Virus record (IMG/VR): IMGVR_UViG_3300036046_000021
Span: 1-37,792 of that record
Strand: one strand, 5' to 3'
Origin: a virus
Taxonomy: Duplodnaviria; Caudoviricetes
Length of the DNA: 37,792 nt
The notes below the pieces were generated by a model that was given only the letters and a program-made list of their open reading frames with translations, ran no database searches and was not told the origin of the DNA. Both the position numbers and the translations under genes were made by a program. Of the stretch, positions 26,959-35,293 are shown piece by piece. How positions within the stretch are numbered: the stretch's first letter is position 1; each line of letters opens with the position of its first letter.

Positions 26959-27393
26959 TCAGTCATTGAATTCTTTGATTAGATTGCCTTTACGGTCGAA
27001 ATACTTCGTTTTCCACCATGGATGGCAGTTTTCTGCATAATACCGGCCTTCGAAGCATACATCCAAATTCATAGAGTTGTTGGCGCCCACGATCACGCCC
27101 ATCTGACCATTGACTTCAATCTTCATGCCCTGGTATGCAAAATCAATCGCCCGGCGCTCGCATACTTCCCGGAAAGTAACCGGGCTGGTGAAAAGATCGC
27201 TTACTTTGAAGCCGCCGATCTTCCGGCAGCGGATCTTCTTAACCACTTCCCCGAAAGGTCTTTCCCAAAGCCCATCCTGCAGGTATTCCCAAAATGCATA
27301 TTTTGCTTTGCCAGCAGTTTCGCCCTGTACCGTCCGCCGGCACCACGGATCATCCCATTTATCCCACTGGACCCAAACCTCATAAGTGTTCAC
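26959..27393 (-). CDS. Hypothetical phage protein
   Basis: 144-aa ORF; TAGKAKY and GVIVGAN.SMNLDV.F......NCHPWW. Confidence 0.8.
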   Translation of the reverse strand: MNTYEVWVQWDKWDDPWCRRTVQGETAGKAKYAFWEYLQDGLWERPFGEVVKKIRCRKIGGFKVSDLFTSPVTFREVCERRAIDFAYQGMKIEVNGQMGVIVGANNSMNLDVCFEGRYYAENCHPWWKTKYFDRKGNLIKEFND

Positions 27394-27405
27394 GGTGAAT
27401 CCCCC

Positions 27406-27846
27406 TTATAGTTTAAGTACTGCCAGCAGCGCGGCCTTACAGATCGACTCTGCCGCTGTTTTCGCCTGCACTGACCACTGATCACCAGTAATACCAACCC
27501 AGATACGGCATTCATATTCCTTTTCCCAGCCAGCTGCCCTCATTAGGTTGTATTGTTTGAAATTGTCCAGCACTTCCCATGCTCTGGATCTGTCCGTTGA
27601 CCAGCCACGATTAACAAAATAGGTTAACGGAATTGCTCCCCTAGGAGGCATACAACCAAATGCTTCGTTGTTTTTCATGGTTGGTGGAATAAGTACATCG
27701 TTAGATTCACACGGACCGTCATAATCAAAGCTTGGCCCTTTTATTCTCCGCCACCGGAATACGTGTTCAGCAATGAGAGCATCCAGTTCCAGTCCTGGCT
27801 TCAGATTTTCAATATGTTCCCTTGTAATCGTTAATGAATTAGTCAT
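27406..27846 (-). CDS. Phage ABA-sandwich domain (BC1872-like) protein
   Basis: PGLELDALIAEHVF.W...WSTD...AWEVL...TAAESICKAAL. Confidence 0.75.
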   Translation of the reverse strand: MTNSLTITREHIENLKPGLELDALIAEHVFRWRRIKGPSFDYDGPCESNDVLIPPTMKNNEAFGCMPPRGAIPLTYFVNRGWSTDRSRAWEVLDNFKQYNLMRAAGWEKEYECRIWVGITGDQWSVQAKTAAESICKAALLAVLKL

Positions 27847-28108
27847 CGTCTGTATCATCCTCCTCGTTATACATCTCATCCGGATGCATGCGGCCGGACT
27901 GTATCCGCTCAAGCATTCCGAGAATAGTAGCGTGCTCAGTCAGCATTCCTACACGACCGGAGTACTTCAGGCGATTACTTTCGTTTGGCCGGCCCGGCCC
28001 CGGACCAATTCCGCGTGCCTCAATCCTGCGGACCTTCCGGCGCAGGTACTGCCGGCGCTTATCCATGGCTTGCAGCAGCAGATTCAATGTTTCCTCGGCT
28101 GTCCTCAC
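27839..28108 (-). CDS. Basic hypothetical protein
   Basis: GTG 28108 overlapping upstream stop (GTGA). Confidence 0.6.
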   Translation of the reverse strand: MRTAEETLNLLLQAMDKRRQYLRRKVRRIEARGIGPGPGRPNESNRLKYSGRVGMLTEHATILGMLERIQSGRMHPDEMYNEEDDTDDD

Positions 28109-29154
28109 CTTGGCACTTCTCCGGGGAACTCTTCCCATGTCCGCCCATTCAGCTCACGGCCAGCTGCCTGCTTCCCGATCCGGCAAACCGAAGTGTCTGG
28201 GTCGAAGGTAACCCATGGTTTGCCTTTAATGCCTGGCTCGTTGCAGAGCAAGGCGTGAGTTTCCTTCCACTCGCCCCACTGTTTAAAGAAGAACGGCACT
28301 GCTGCAGCTTGGCACTGATCCCGCAGCTCCTGCACCCACCATGGATGCATTGGCCGGGCTTTGCTTCCGCTCTCTCCGCCGACAATGACCCAATGGATTA
28401 AATCTCGCTTACTAACGTACACGTAGTCATCCGGCTCATCACGATCCGTGAGGCAACCTGTTTCCCCGCGCCAAATGAAATATGCGTTATCTGGCCGAGG
28501 AACTGCGTTAAGATCGACCGGCCCGAGTAAGGGTTCACAGCTCAGGAACCGGACGACAGCAGGCGTCTGCAGCAGCAGCGGAATACGCTCGTCAGCTGCC
28601 TGCTGATTCTCGACACTTACACCAATCCAGACGTTCGGCAGCGGCCAGGCTGTCGGGTGCTCAATAATCGAATAGTTTGATATCTTCCCAGGTCCGTGAA
28701 TCAATCCTGCAGGCAGGCTGCAATCCCCCATGCCGCCGTGTTCCTCATAGAATTGCATAGCCGTGTGGCCGATTGCCTCGTCCCTATCCTGACTATTGAG
28801 GTATGCCCGCATCCGCTCCGGCCGCTTGGTCAGCAGCTGAAAAGTGTGCTGCGGGGCAAGGGCCATCACCGCAAATACCTGGTCAATGTAATCGTCCGGA
28901 ACATCCGGATGGAACAGATCCGACATGCTATTAACGAATATCTTCCGGGGCCGCGCCCACCGGATCGGCTGCTCCAGCTTCTCCGGCCGCAGCGTTACAT
29001 CAAAGCCGGATTCAAAGTAATGCCCTGGTGTGCCCTCAAATCGCTCCGTGAAGGTCTTGGCGTAGCAGTTCCGGCAGCCCTCGCTGACCTTCGTGCAGCC
29101 GGTGACCGGGTTCCATGTCGCGTCCGCCCATTCAATGCCTGTTTTGTCGCTCAC
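28105..29154 (-). CDS. Phage Gp37/Gp68 (DUF5131) family protein
   Basis: TGIEWADATWNPVTGCTKVSEGCRNCYA, FVNSMSDLFH, LTKRPER, FLSCEPLLG, WVIVGGESG, FFFKQWG. Confidence 0.93.
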   Translation of the reverse strand: MSDKTGIEWADATWNPVTGCTKVSEGCRNCYAKTFTERFEGTPGHYFESGFDVTLRPEKLEQPIRWARPRKIFVNSMSDLFHPDVPDDYIDQVFAVMALAPQHTFQLLTKRPERMRAYLNSQDRDEAIGHTAMQFYEEHGGMGDCSLPAGLIHGPGKISNYSIIEHPTAWPLPNVWIGVSVENQQAADERIPLLLQTPAVVRFLSCEPLLGPVDLNAVPRPDNAYFIWRGETGCLTDRDEPDDYVYVSKRDLIHWVIVGGESGSKARPMHPWWVQELRDQCQAAAVPFFFKQWGEWKETHALLCNEPGIKGKPWVTFDPDTSVCRIGKQAAGRELNGRTWEEFPGEVPR

Positions 29155-29175
29155 TCTTATCTCTCCTTATAGGGT

Positions 29176-29478
29176 CTATGCCCTCATTTTTTCGCCAAAT
29201 ATCCGTTCCAGCAGCGGGATCTGTGGGCCAAACGATGAATTTACTCGCTCCAGCCCCGCTCGCTCGTATCTTGCAAAGATGCAGTTATACTCCGGATCAT
29301 CTGATAGCGATATGTCATAAACGCCGGTATCTGTCAGCACGTAGTAATGGGTGATGTTACCGATAGTGGATCGATAAGACTTCTGCAGCTTCTTGGCCCG
29401 CACTGCCTGACCGATTAACTCCTCAATTTGTAGGTCTACCGGATCAGCGTCAAAGTTAAATTCCAGTTGCTGCATCAT
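29176..29478 (-). CDS. Hypothetical protein with N-terminal QLEFNF
   Basis: 100-aa ORF in operon. Confidence 0.7.
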   Translation of the reverse strand: MMQQLEFNFDADPVDLQIEELIGQAVRAKKLQKSYRSTIGNITHYYVLTDTGVYDISLSDDPEYNCIFARYERAGLERVNSSFGPQIPLLERIFGEKMRA

Positions 29479-29608
29479 CCGTGATCAGCTCGCTATTTGT
29501 CTCTCCGCATTCCGGGCAGGCCGGTTCTTCCAGCTCATCGCCCAGGATCTGCTCGACAGAGTAACCCCGGCCGCATTCACAACGGCGTTTTTCCCAATAC
29601 TCTTTCAC
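29456..29608 (-). CDS. 50-aa zinc-ribbon protein (not in ORF track)
   Basis: GTGA overlap; MKEYWEKRRCECGRGY...EPACPECGETN. Confidence 0.7.
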   Translation of the reverse strand: MKEYWEKRRCECGRGYSVEQILGDELEEPACPECGETNSELITDDAATGI

Positions 29609-30087
29609 TCTTGCCCCTCCTTTGATGGCCGCCAAGATAACCCTCTTTTCTTAGCATCCTCCCAAGCCTCTTTTGTCCAGCTGCCGAACCATTTTGAATG
29701 CCAATCCATAAAGCGCCGTTCGGCATCGCTGTCTTTCCAGACCCAAGGTGTCCACTGAACATCTTCCTTACCGCGCCAAGGTTTTAATCTCCATCTGTCA
29801 GGATGGGACAGCATAAATTGCTGTTCTATGCAGTTTGGATTAACGACATAATCCGGGGCTCCTAAAATCCCTGCATCCCCTCCAAGGTGATACCGATGTT
29901 TGCCTGTTCCTTCAATGATCAGGAAGAGTCCTTGTGGCTCTCCTGATCCTGACCAGTCAAGCCATTCCTGATAAGCAACCAGTTGCAATGATTTCATATT
30001 CGGGTGCTGTTCAATTGCCCTGACGTCAATTTTTGAACCTTCCCATGCCGTATTTAGGAAATCTGCGAATAGATCCAGTTGCAACAT
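29605..30087 (-). CDS. Trp-rich hypothetical protein with N-terminal QLDLF
   Basis: 160-aa ORF with GGGAGG SD. Confidence 0.8.
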   Translation of the reverse strand: MLQLDLFADFLNTAWEGSKIDVRAIEQHPNMKSLQLVAYQEWLDWSGSGEPQGLFLIIEGTGKHRYHLGGDAGILGAPDYVVNPNCIEQQFMLSHPDRWRLKPWRGKEDVQWTPWVWKDSDAERRFMDWHSKWFGSWTKEAWEDAKKRGLSWRPSKEGQE

Positions 30088-30112
30088 GCCTGTTCCCTCC
30101 CGGGGCTTACCC

Positions 30113-30451
30113 TTAAAATGGTTCCATCTGTCCGAGCTCTAAATCAGACAATTTGATATAATTCGGCGCTTGTTCCCAAGGGTCCCGACCATAGCCGAGG
30201 AGCTCATAGTCCTGCCGGATCTGATCGGTAGTTCGAGAAGGATTCACAGTATAAAACATGAGCTTGCCCTTGGCGTATCCGGAAAGGGCCAAACCTATAA
30301 AACTCTGTTTATAATATTGGTTGACTGCTACCAGCTCGACAGCAGCTCCAGAAGAAGCAATTAACCTTTTAATTTCTTCAGCCTGTTCAAGCATTTCCGG
30401 CTTACTGGCTTGGACTGCATGAGATGAACCTCGGTAAAAGAATTGATGCAC
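30113..30451 (-). CDS. Hypothetical protein
   Basis: GTG with GGGAGG SD; ends GQMEPF. Confidence 0.75.
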   Translation of the reverse strand: MHQFFYRGSSHAVQASKPEMLEQAEEIKRLIASSGAAVELVAVNQYYKQSFIGLALSGYAKGKLMFYTVNPSRTTDQIRQDYELLGYGRDPWEQAPNYIKLSDLELGQMEPF

Positions 30452-30520
30452 CTTAATTCCTCCCTGGGGCTATGACAGCCCCGCTATATTAACTGCTGCC
30501 CGGTATTTTCGAACTGTGCA

Positions 30521-30724
30521 TTAATCTTCCTCTTCGTCACAATTAATCAGCCTGAGATTTTCTAAGTCATAATCATCACAATATTTTCGCAACTCTTCCT
30601 CGGTAATACCTGATTCTGCAAGGATTTGCTCTGAATCACTTCCAAACCTTCTGCAAAGCCCTGCGGCATATGCTACTCCCTGAATAAAACCGATTTGACG
30701 AGCATCTGGTTCCTTCTTTGCCAT
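30521..30724 (-). CDS. Small acidic hypothetical protein
   Basis: AAAGGA SD; 67 aa. Confidence 0.7.
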   Translation of the reverse strand: MAKKEPDARQIGFIQGVAYAAGLCRRFGSDSEQILAESGITEEELRKYCDDYDLENLRLINCDEEED

Positions 30725-30765
30725 TTCACTTCATCCTTTCTGATTCGCTGTATGCGTCTATTGCC

Positions 30766-32577
30766 TCACAAGCTGAATTTCATCTGCCCCGCAGCAGGCT
30801 TGTAACGTTCCAGCGCCAGCTGCCGTCCGGAGCCTACGCACATTTCCGGAAGGTTCGCCCGGACCAGTGCAGCAGCGAACGGCGGCGGAACGGCGTTGCC
30901 GCAGCGGGCGACCTGCGCCGATTTGGAGTATCGCTGCCCGTCAGCATCCACGTCGATGATGTAGCTGCCTGGGAATCCCTGCGCCGCGAACAGTTCATGG
31001 GGCTCCAGCATACGCATGCCGATGTCTACGATCTGATAATATACACCCTCGACCGTGACCAAGCCGAAACGGTCTTTCGTGGTAACGGTGTGCAGCGGGC
31101 AGTCCAGCGTCTGGCCGTTGTCGGCGCTGCCGTAATATTTGAGCAAGAATGCCCGGACCTCTCCGACATGCAGCCCGCCGGCGGTTATCGTCGGCATCGG
31201 GTCTGTTACGGGCTGGCCGTCCTGGCAGGTGCCGCGCAGCTTGACCAGATGGGATGTAACCAGCCCGCTCTTTCCGCCGCCCCCGGCCGTTACCGTGCCG
31301 AGTGGACTGTCTGCCGGGCTGCCGACTGACTCCCCGAAGTGCCGGACGACATGGGCTGTCACCAGAGCGTTATGATCGACGGTAGTAACGGTGCTGAGCG
31401 GTTCGTCTGGGCTGTTCCCTGGTCCCGTGTATCCGCCGCCGTAATGCTTGGCGAGGAAAGCCGAAACCAGTGCATGCTTCCGTCCTCCAGATACCACTGT
31501 GCCCAAAGGTTTCTGCAGTCCCGGCGCCCGCGGGCTTTGTCCCGGCCCCTCTCCGTATCCAATCTCTATGAGCGTGGGGCTGACCAGACAATGCTCCGCT
31601 TTTGTGGTAATAGTGGTCAATGGATCTTCCAGCTCATACTGCAGCCGGTCACCGCCGAAGCCTGTCTGCCCGATCCGAGCGATGTACGGCGTCACAATCC
31701 CCCAGCCGTTCTTAGCTGTTACGGTCTGCAGGGGCTCATCAATGGACTGCCCTCTGAACTGGTCTCCGTGATGATTTACTTTGATCACATAAGGAGCAAG
31801 GAAAGGTTTCCCTCCCGACTCTGCAACTTTTATGATGAATTTATCTACTCCCCGGGCTATCCGCCGCTCTGTATTCTCAGCCAGTGGTTTCTTCCGGTCG
31901 AAGATGCTTGGACAAGGAATAGACCAGTCAATAATCTCCGCTGCCGTGCGCCATGGCTGCAGCTTGCCGGATTTAACTTCAACACTCTCCGGATCACCGT
32001 GAGTAGGTTCCGGCCAGACTATCGGGCGGCCATCCCGCCGCGCTACCAAAAACAACCGCTTGCGAATTGTCGGGGCTCCGTAGTCACAAGCCCGCAGTTC
32101 ACGCCACTCTACTCGATAACCCTGCCGACGGAGAGCATTGACGAAGCAATTGAACGTCCGCCCGCGCTGTGCCGGGTCTGGATAACCGTCTTTCAGCAAC
32201 GGCCCCCAGGTCTTGAACTCCTCCACATTTTCGAGCATTATCACGCGGGGCTGGACCGTTGCCGCCCAACGCACCGCTACCCAAGCCAGACCGCGAATAC
32301 CTTTTTCCACCGGCTTGCCGCCCTTGGCTTTACTGAAGTGCTTGCAGTCAGGGCTCAGCCAGACCAAACCCACCGGACGCTCGCCGGTGACTTCCCGAGG
32401 ATCAACGTCCCAGACACTTTCGCAGTGATGCTCCGTCTCTGGATGATTAGCCCGGTGCATGGCGATGGCTGCAGGATCGTGGTTAATGGCGATGTCTACG
32501 CTGCGGCCAGTAGCCAGCTCGATGCCGGTGCTGGCCCCGCCCCCGCCTGCAAAGTTATCGACGATAATCTCAGTCAT
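30766..32577 (-). CDS. C5 cytosine DNA methyltransferase with repeat-expanded variable region
   Basis: Motif I DNFAGGGG, IV SPDC, VI ENV, VIII YGAPTIRKR, IX RML.PHEL..AQGFP, X CGNAV. Confidence 0.95.
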   Translation of the reverse strand: MTEIIVDNFAGGGGASTGIELATGRSVDIAINHDPAAIAMHRANHPETEHHCESVWDVDPREVTGERPVGLVWLSPDCKHFSKAKGGKPVEKGIRGLAWVAVRWAATVQPRVIMLENVEEFKTWGPLLKDGYPDPAQRGRTFNCFVNALRRQGYRVEWRELRACDYGAPTIRKRLFLVARRDGRPIVWPEPTHGDPESVEVKSGKLQPWRTAAEIIDWSIPCPSIFDRKKPLAENTERRIARGVDKFIIKVAESGGKPFLAPYVIKVNHHGDQFRGQSIDEPLQTVTAKNGWGIVTPYIARIGQTGFGGDRLQYELEDPLTTITTKAEHCLVSPTLIEIGYGEGPGQSPRAPGLQKPLGTVVSGGRKHALVSAFLAKHYGGGYTGPGNSPDEPLSTVTTVDHNALVTAHVVRHFGESVGSPADSPLGTVTAGGGGKSGLVTSHLVKLRGTCQDGQPVTDPMPTITAGGLHVGEVRAFLLKYYGSADNGQTLDCPLHTVTTKDRFGLVTVEGVYYQIVDIGMRMLEPHELFAAQGFPGSYIIDVDADGQRYSKSAQVARCGNAVPPPFAAALVRANLPEMCVGSGRQLALERYKPAAGQMKFSL

Positions 32578-32840
32578 ACGCCCACCTGCTGCAGCTCCGC
32601 AGCCTCTGTATCATCCATGGTGATCGTTGCCATGCCGTCCCATGTCTCACGGATCTCCTTGGCCTTGGCCGATACCGCAGCAGCCTGCTTTGGCTGCAGG
32701 ACGATACTCATAGCCTCCTCGTAGTGCTGCTGGGCTTTGGCGTAAGCGCGGGAGTGGATAAAGTTCATCCAGCCCCAAAACTTATCATTGCTGAATGACT
32801 TCACTTTCTGGAAAGCCCTACGGCGTTGCTGTTCGTTCAT
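32574..32840 (-). CDS. Hypothetical phage protein
   Basis: ATGA-coupled ORF, 88 aa. Confidence 0.75.
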   Translation of the reverse strand: MNEQQRRRAFQKVKSFSNDKFWGWMNFIHSRAYAKAQQHYEEAMSIVLQPKQAAAVSAKAKEIRETWDGMATITMDDTEAAELQQVGV

Positions 32841-33061
32841 GTGACCCCATCCTTTCGCGCTGCCTTGTAATCTTCCAGTTGTTGCCGCACCCGGTCCCGC
32901 TCCTCAGCCGCCGAGCTCCACCGCGCATTAGCTGATGTCACCCGGGATCTACTGGAACCTGCAGGAAGGCTCTGACGGGCTTCTGAAGCTTTGGCAGCTC
33001 GATCCTCTGCAATTTGCAGGAGCCTTTCCAGTTGAGCCTGGCGCTTATCTCCTGTTTTCAT
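32837..33061 (-). CDS. Hypothetical coiled-coil protein
   Basis: ATG 33061 overlapping upstream stop. Confidence 0.65.
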   Translation of the reverse strand: MKTGDKRQAQLERLLQIAEDRAAKASEARQSLPAGSSRSRVTSANARWSSAAEERDRVRQQLEDYKAARKDGVT

Positions 33062-33219
33062 TTGAGGTACACCTTCTTTTCCTTGTAATTGACCTTGCCC
33101 CACATTGGCTTGCAGCGGCGAAGAATCTCATTCTCGGCTTCTTGCTTGTCCAATACGTGGGCTCTATTGTCTTGAAGGACTGTATATAGTTCTTGGTGGG
33201 TTGCTGTTTTCCAGTTCAA
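33058..33219 (-). CDS. 53-aa hypothetical protein (not in ORF track)
   Basis: TTG after AAGGAGG: MNWKTATHQELYTVL...EILRR... Confidence 0.75.
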   Translation of the reverse strand: MNWKTATHQELYTVLQDNRAHVLDKQEAENEILRRCKPMWGKVNYKEKKVYLK

Positions 33220-33234
33220 AGTAATAACCTCCTT

Positions 33235-33282
33235 CGGCTACCGCTTCGCTAGGATTATGCTGTCGGTCGTTGGCCTTCGGCC
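33235..33282 (-). repeat. GNA-hairpin element copy A
   Basis: GGCCGAAGGCCA-ACGA-CCGACAGCATAA-TCCT-AGCGAAGCGG-TA-GCCG; matches 26374-26422. Confidence 0.85.
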
Positions 33283-33497
33283 GGAGCGGGACCTTTCCAC
33301 CGCCATTCCTCATCTGCCGTTATGATCAAACGGCCGCTGCCGTCGTTAATCTCAATGGTGTACTGGTTGCGCTCGTCAGGCTGCCCGGAGCGGTACCATG
33401 GGTTAATGTTGAATGACAGCTCAGGCTGCCGATTTAAAAACGCTGCTACAGTGTTCCAGGCTTGTTGTACTTCTGGCGGGATAGATTGCTGCCTCAT
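33255..33497 (-). CDS. Hypothetical protein
   Basis: AAGGTGA SD; 80 aa; stop lies in repeat A core. Confidence 0.7.
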   Translation of the reverse strand: MRQQSIPPEVQQAWNTVAAFLNRQPELSFNINPWYRSGQPDERNQYTIEINDGSGRLIITADEEWRWKGPAPAEGQRPTA

Positions 33498-33534
33498 ATA
33501 CTCACCTTCTACCGTTGTTATGTGATTTTTAATG

Positions 33535-33561
33535 ATCAGGGCGACCGGAGCCGCCCCTGAT
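33535..33561 (-). other. Intergenic stem-loop
   Basis: ATCAGGGGCG-loop-CGCCCTGAT without clear U-tract. Confidence 0.5.
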
Positions 33562-33569
33562 TGGAATGA

Positions 33570-34277
33570 TTACGCGATAATTACGAATTCACCGGCAGCA
33601 ATTTCATCCTTCAATGCTTTCTCCAGATAAGCCTTAACCGTGTCCATAGCTTCAACCTTCCAAGCGCCGCCGTCCGCCTCGATCAGGGCGGCAGTTGGGC
33701 CGCTCCGCATCCGGAACACGAACAGGGATTGCGGTTGCTGCACTTCAACGAATGTGCGATACGGCAGCAGGGTGACCGGATTCGGAATGGTTACGGTCGC
33801 CACAGTCGCTACACCCGTTTTGGCGGTGATCTGCTGGGCAACCCCATCGTCACCGGTATTCTGGACATTCTCTTCTTTGATGTTACCGACAACCTTCAGC
33901 AGGGCGGCCCTGGTTTCCGTCGGCACGAATAGAGACTGCAGCATGATGTTGAAGGTCTCCACATCCAGGAATTTGTCAAAGAGGATGTTAGGCAGCAGGG
34001 CGTCCGCCACAGCAAACGTGGAGCGGGTCTGATCGTCGTTGAATGAGCTGAATGCCGATACCTTGGTCGGGCTCTCCACGTGAATCATGAGCTTGCCCGG
34101 AGCGTCATACTGGGATTTCAGGTAATCCACGAAACCGGACAGGCTGCGGATCACCAGCGGAGCAGGAGTCGGGTGCTTGATCAAGGTCAGCGGGTGGTTG
34201 GTGTATTGCTGGCCGTTAATTTCGAGAGTGTTCTGGCTCGCCAGTCCGGCGATGTACTGCAGGGCTTCTTTAATCAT
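33570..34277 (-). CDS. YfdQ/DUF2303-like phage protein
   Basis: SLSGFVDYLK, DDGVAQQ.TAKTG, PNPVTL.PYRTF.EV.QP.S.FVFRM, EADGGAWK. Confidence 0.6.
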   Translation of the reverse strand: MIKEALQYIAGLASQNTLEINGQQYTNHPLTLIKHPTPAPLVIRSLSGFVDYLKSQYDAPGKLMIHVESPTKVSAFSSFNDDQTRSTFAVADALLPNILFDKFLDVETFNIMLQSLFVPTETRAALLKVVGNIKEENVQNTGDDGVAQQITAKTGVATVATVTIPNPVTLLPYRTFVEVQQPQSLFVFRMRSGPTAALIEADGGAWKVEAMDTVKAYLEKALKDEIAAGEFVIIA

Positions 34278-34279
34278 GA

Positions 34280-34696
34280 TTAGTTTCCTCCTTGGGTTTT
34301 ACGTTGTAGGTATGAGATATTGTCTGGTGCAGTTGGCGCTTCCGCTTCTACCTTCTTGCCCCGGTCATCGGCCAGGTCGCCGTCGTTATCCATCATCATC
34401 TGGTTTTTAACACCAGAGACCAGCTCCTCCGCAACAGCTTTGCCTTCCCGATCCTTACCGAATACCAGCTTAGTGGCGATTCCGTGCGCCGGTGCCAGGG
34501 TCGTCTTAGCATCTACGCTGACCAGTCCGATCTCCCGCTGCTCGTCCGGCTTGATAGTGATGGTTACGGTGAGCTTGCGGGCTTTCTTCCAATCGGTATT
34601 CGGGTCCATGACGTTGTCGGCTACCTTGTTCAATTCGATGTTGATGCGCTCGCCGACAGCTCCGCCGGCCAAGTTTTCAATGCTGATTTCGTTCAT
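34280..34696 (-). CDS. YfdP-like phage protein (often annotated 'replication terminator protein')
   Basis: LAGGAVGERIN.EL.KV..NVMDPNT..KKARKLTVTI.IKPDE.R. Confidence 0.65.
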   Translation of the reverse strand: MNEISIENLAGGAVGERINIELNKVADNVMDPNTDWKKARKLTVTITIKPDEQREIGLVSVDAKTTLAPAHGIATKLVFGKDREGKAVAEELVSGVKNQMMMDNDGDLADDRGKKVEAEAPTAPDNISYLQRKTQGGN

Positions 34697-34785
34697 TACT
34701 GATTCCTCCAGTCAATTTTTGTGGTTTGATGGGTAATCCAGACCGACAGGCGGGGCGCGTCCCTCGCACAATGCCCTGCGCCGTC

Positions 34786-35088
34786 TCATAGATGCTGCTC
34801 AGCGGCAGTCATTTCCGCCTCAGTGAGCTTTGAGACATCAAGCTGTTCCATCGACCTCACAAACAGCGGAGCGTAGCTGTGCGGCGGGATGGCTCTGGCT
34901 ACATGCAGGTAAGCTGCCGGCTGCTCGCCGGGTCCAACATGCCTCCCCAGCTCCGCGCAGCGGTATCGGGGCAGCAGGATCCATCCCTCCGGACGTGCCG
35001 GACGCCACCCGGGGCCACCGGTGATATAGATGGGCTTGCCGCACTCTGCTGCCTCGGAGCGGGTCAGCCAGCCGTTACGGTCAGCCAT
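34786..35088 (-). CDS. Hypothetical protein
   Basis: 100-aa ORF in operon. Confidence 0.7.
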   Translation of the reverse strand: MADRNGWLTRSEAAECGKPIYITGGPGWRPARPEGWILLPRYRCAELGRHVGPGEQPAAYLHVARAIPPHSYAPLFVRSMEQLDVSKLTEAEMTAAEQHL

Positions 35089-35293
35089 AGGCCATCAGCT
35101 CCCGCTGTAGGATCGGCCAGAGCGGAGTCATGTGCCGGATGCGGATGTAACGGCAGCGCTCGTACTCTTTCAGCTTACCGGCGTAATACTCCAGCTGCTC
35201 CTGCATGATGATATCCCGGCAGTGCTGGCAGATCGGAACAGTAGTCCAGGCGGTGATTGCTTCAAGCCGGCAGGTCGGTACGGAGCACTTCAT
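35081..35293 (-). CDS. Small Cys-containing (Zn-finger-like) protein
   Basis: C....C...VPICQHC; ATGA overlap with loader gene. Confidence 0.7.
   Translation of the reverse strand: MKCSVPTCRLEAITAWTTVPICQHCRDIIMQEQLEYYAGKLKEYERCRYIRIRHMTPLWPILQRELMAYG

Noticed and set aside
30500-30760. GACGCATACAGCGAA / TGCACAGTTCGAA flanking ORF 30521..30724 as cassette repeats
   Set aside because: Similarity too weak to distinguish from chance by eye
31339-32724. 461-aa + strand ORF and other long antisense ORFs over MTase, TMP, terL and capsid
   Set aside because: Shadow ORFs opposite well-supported genes; no recognisable motifs
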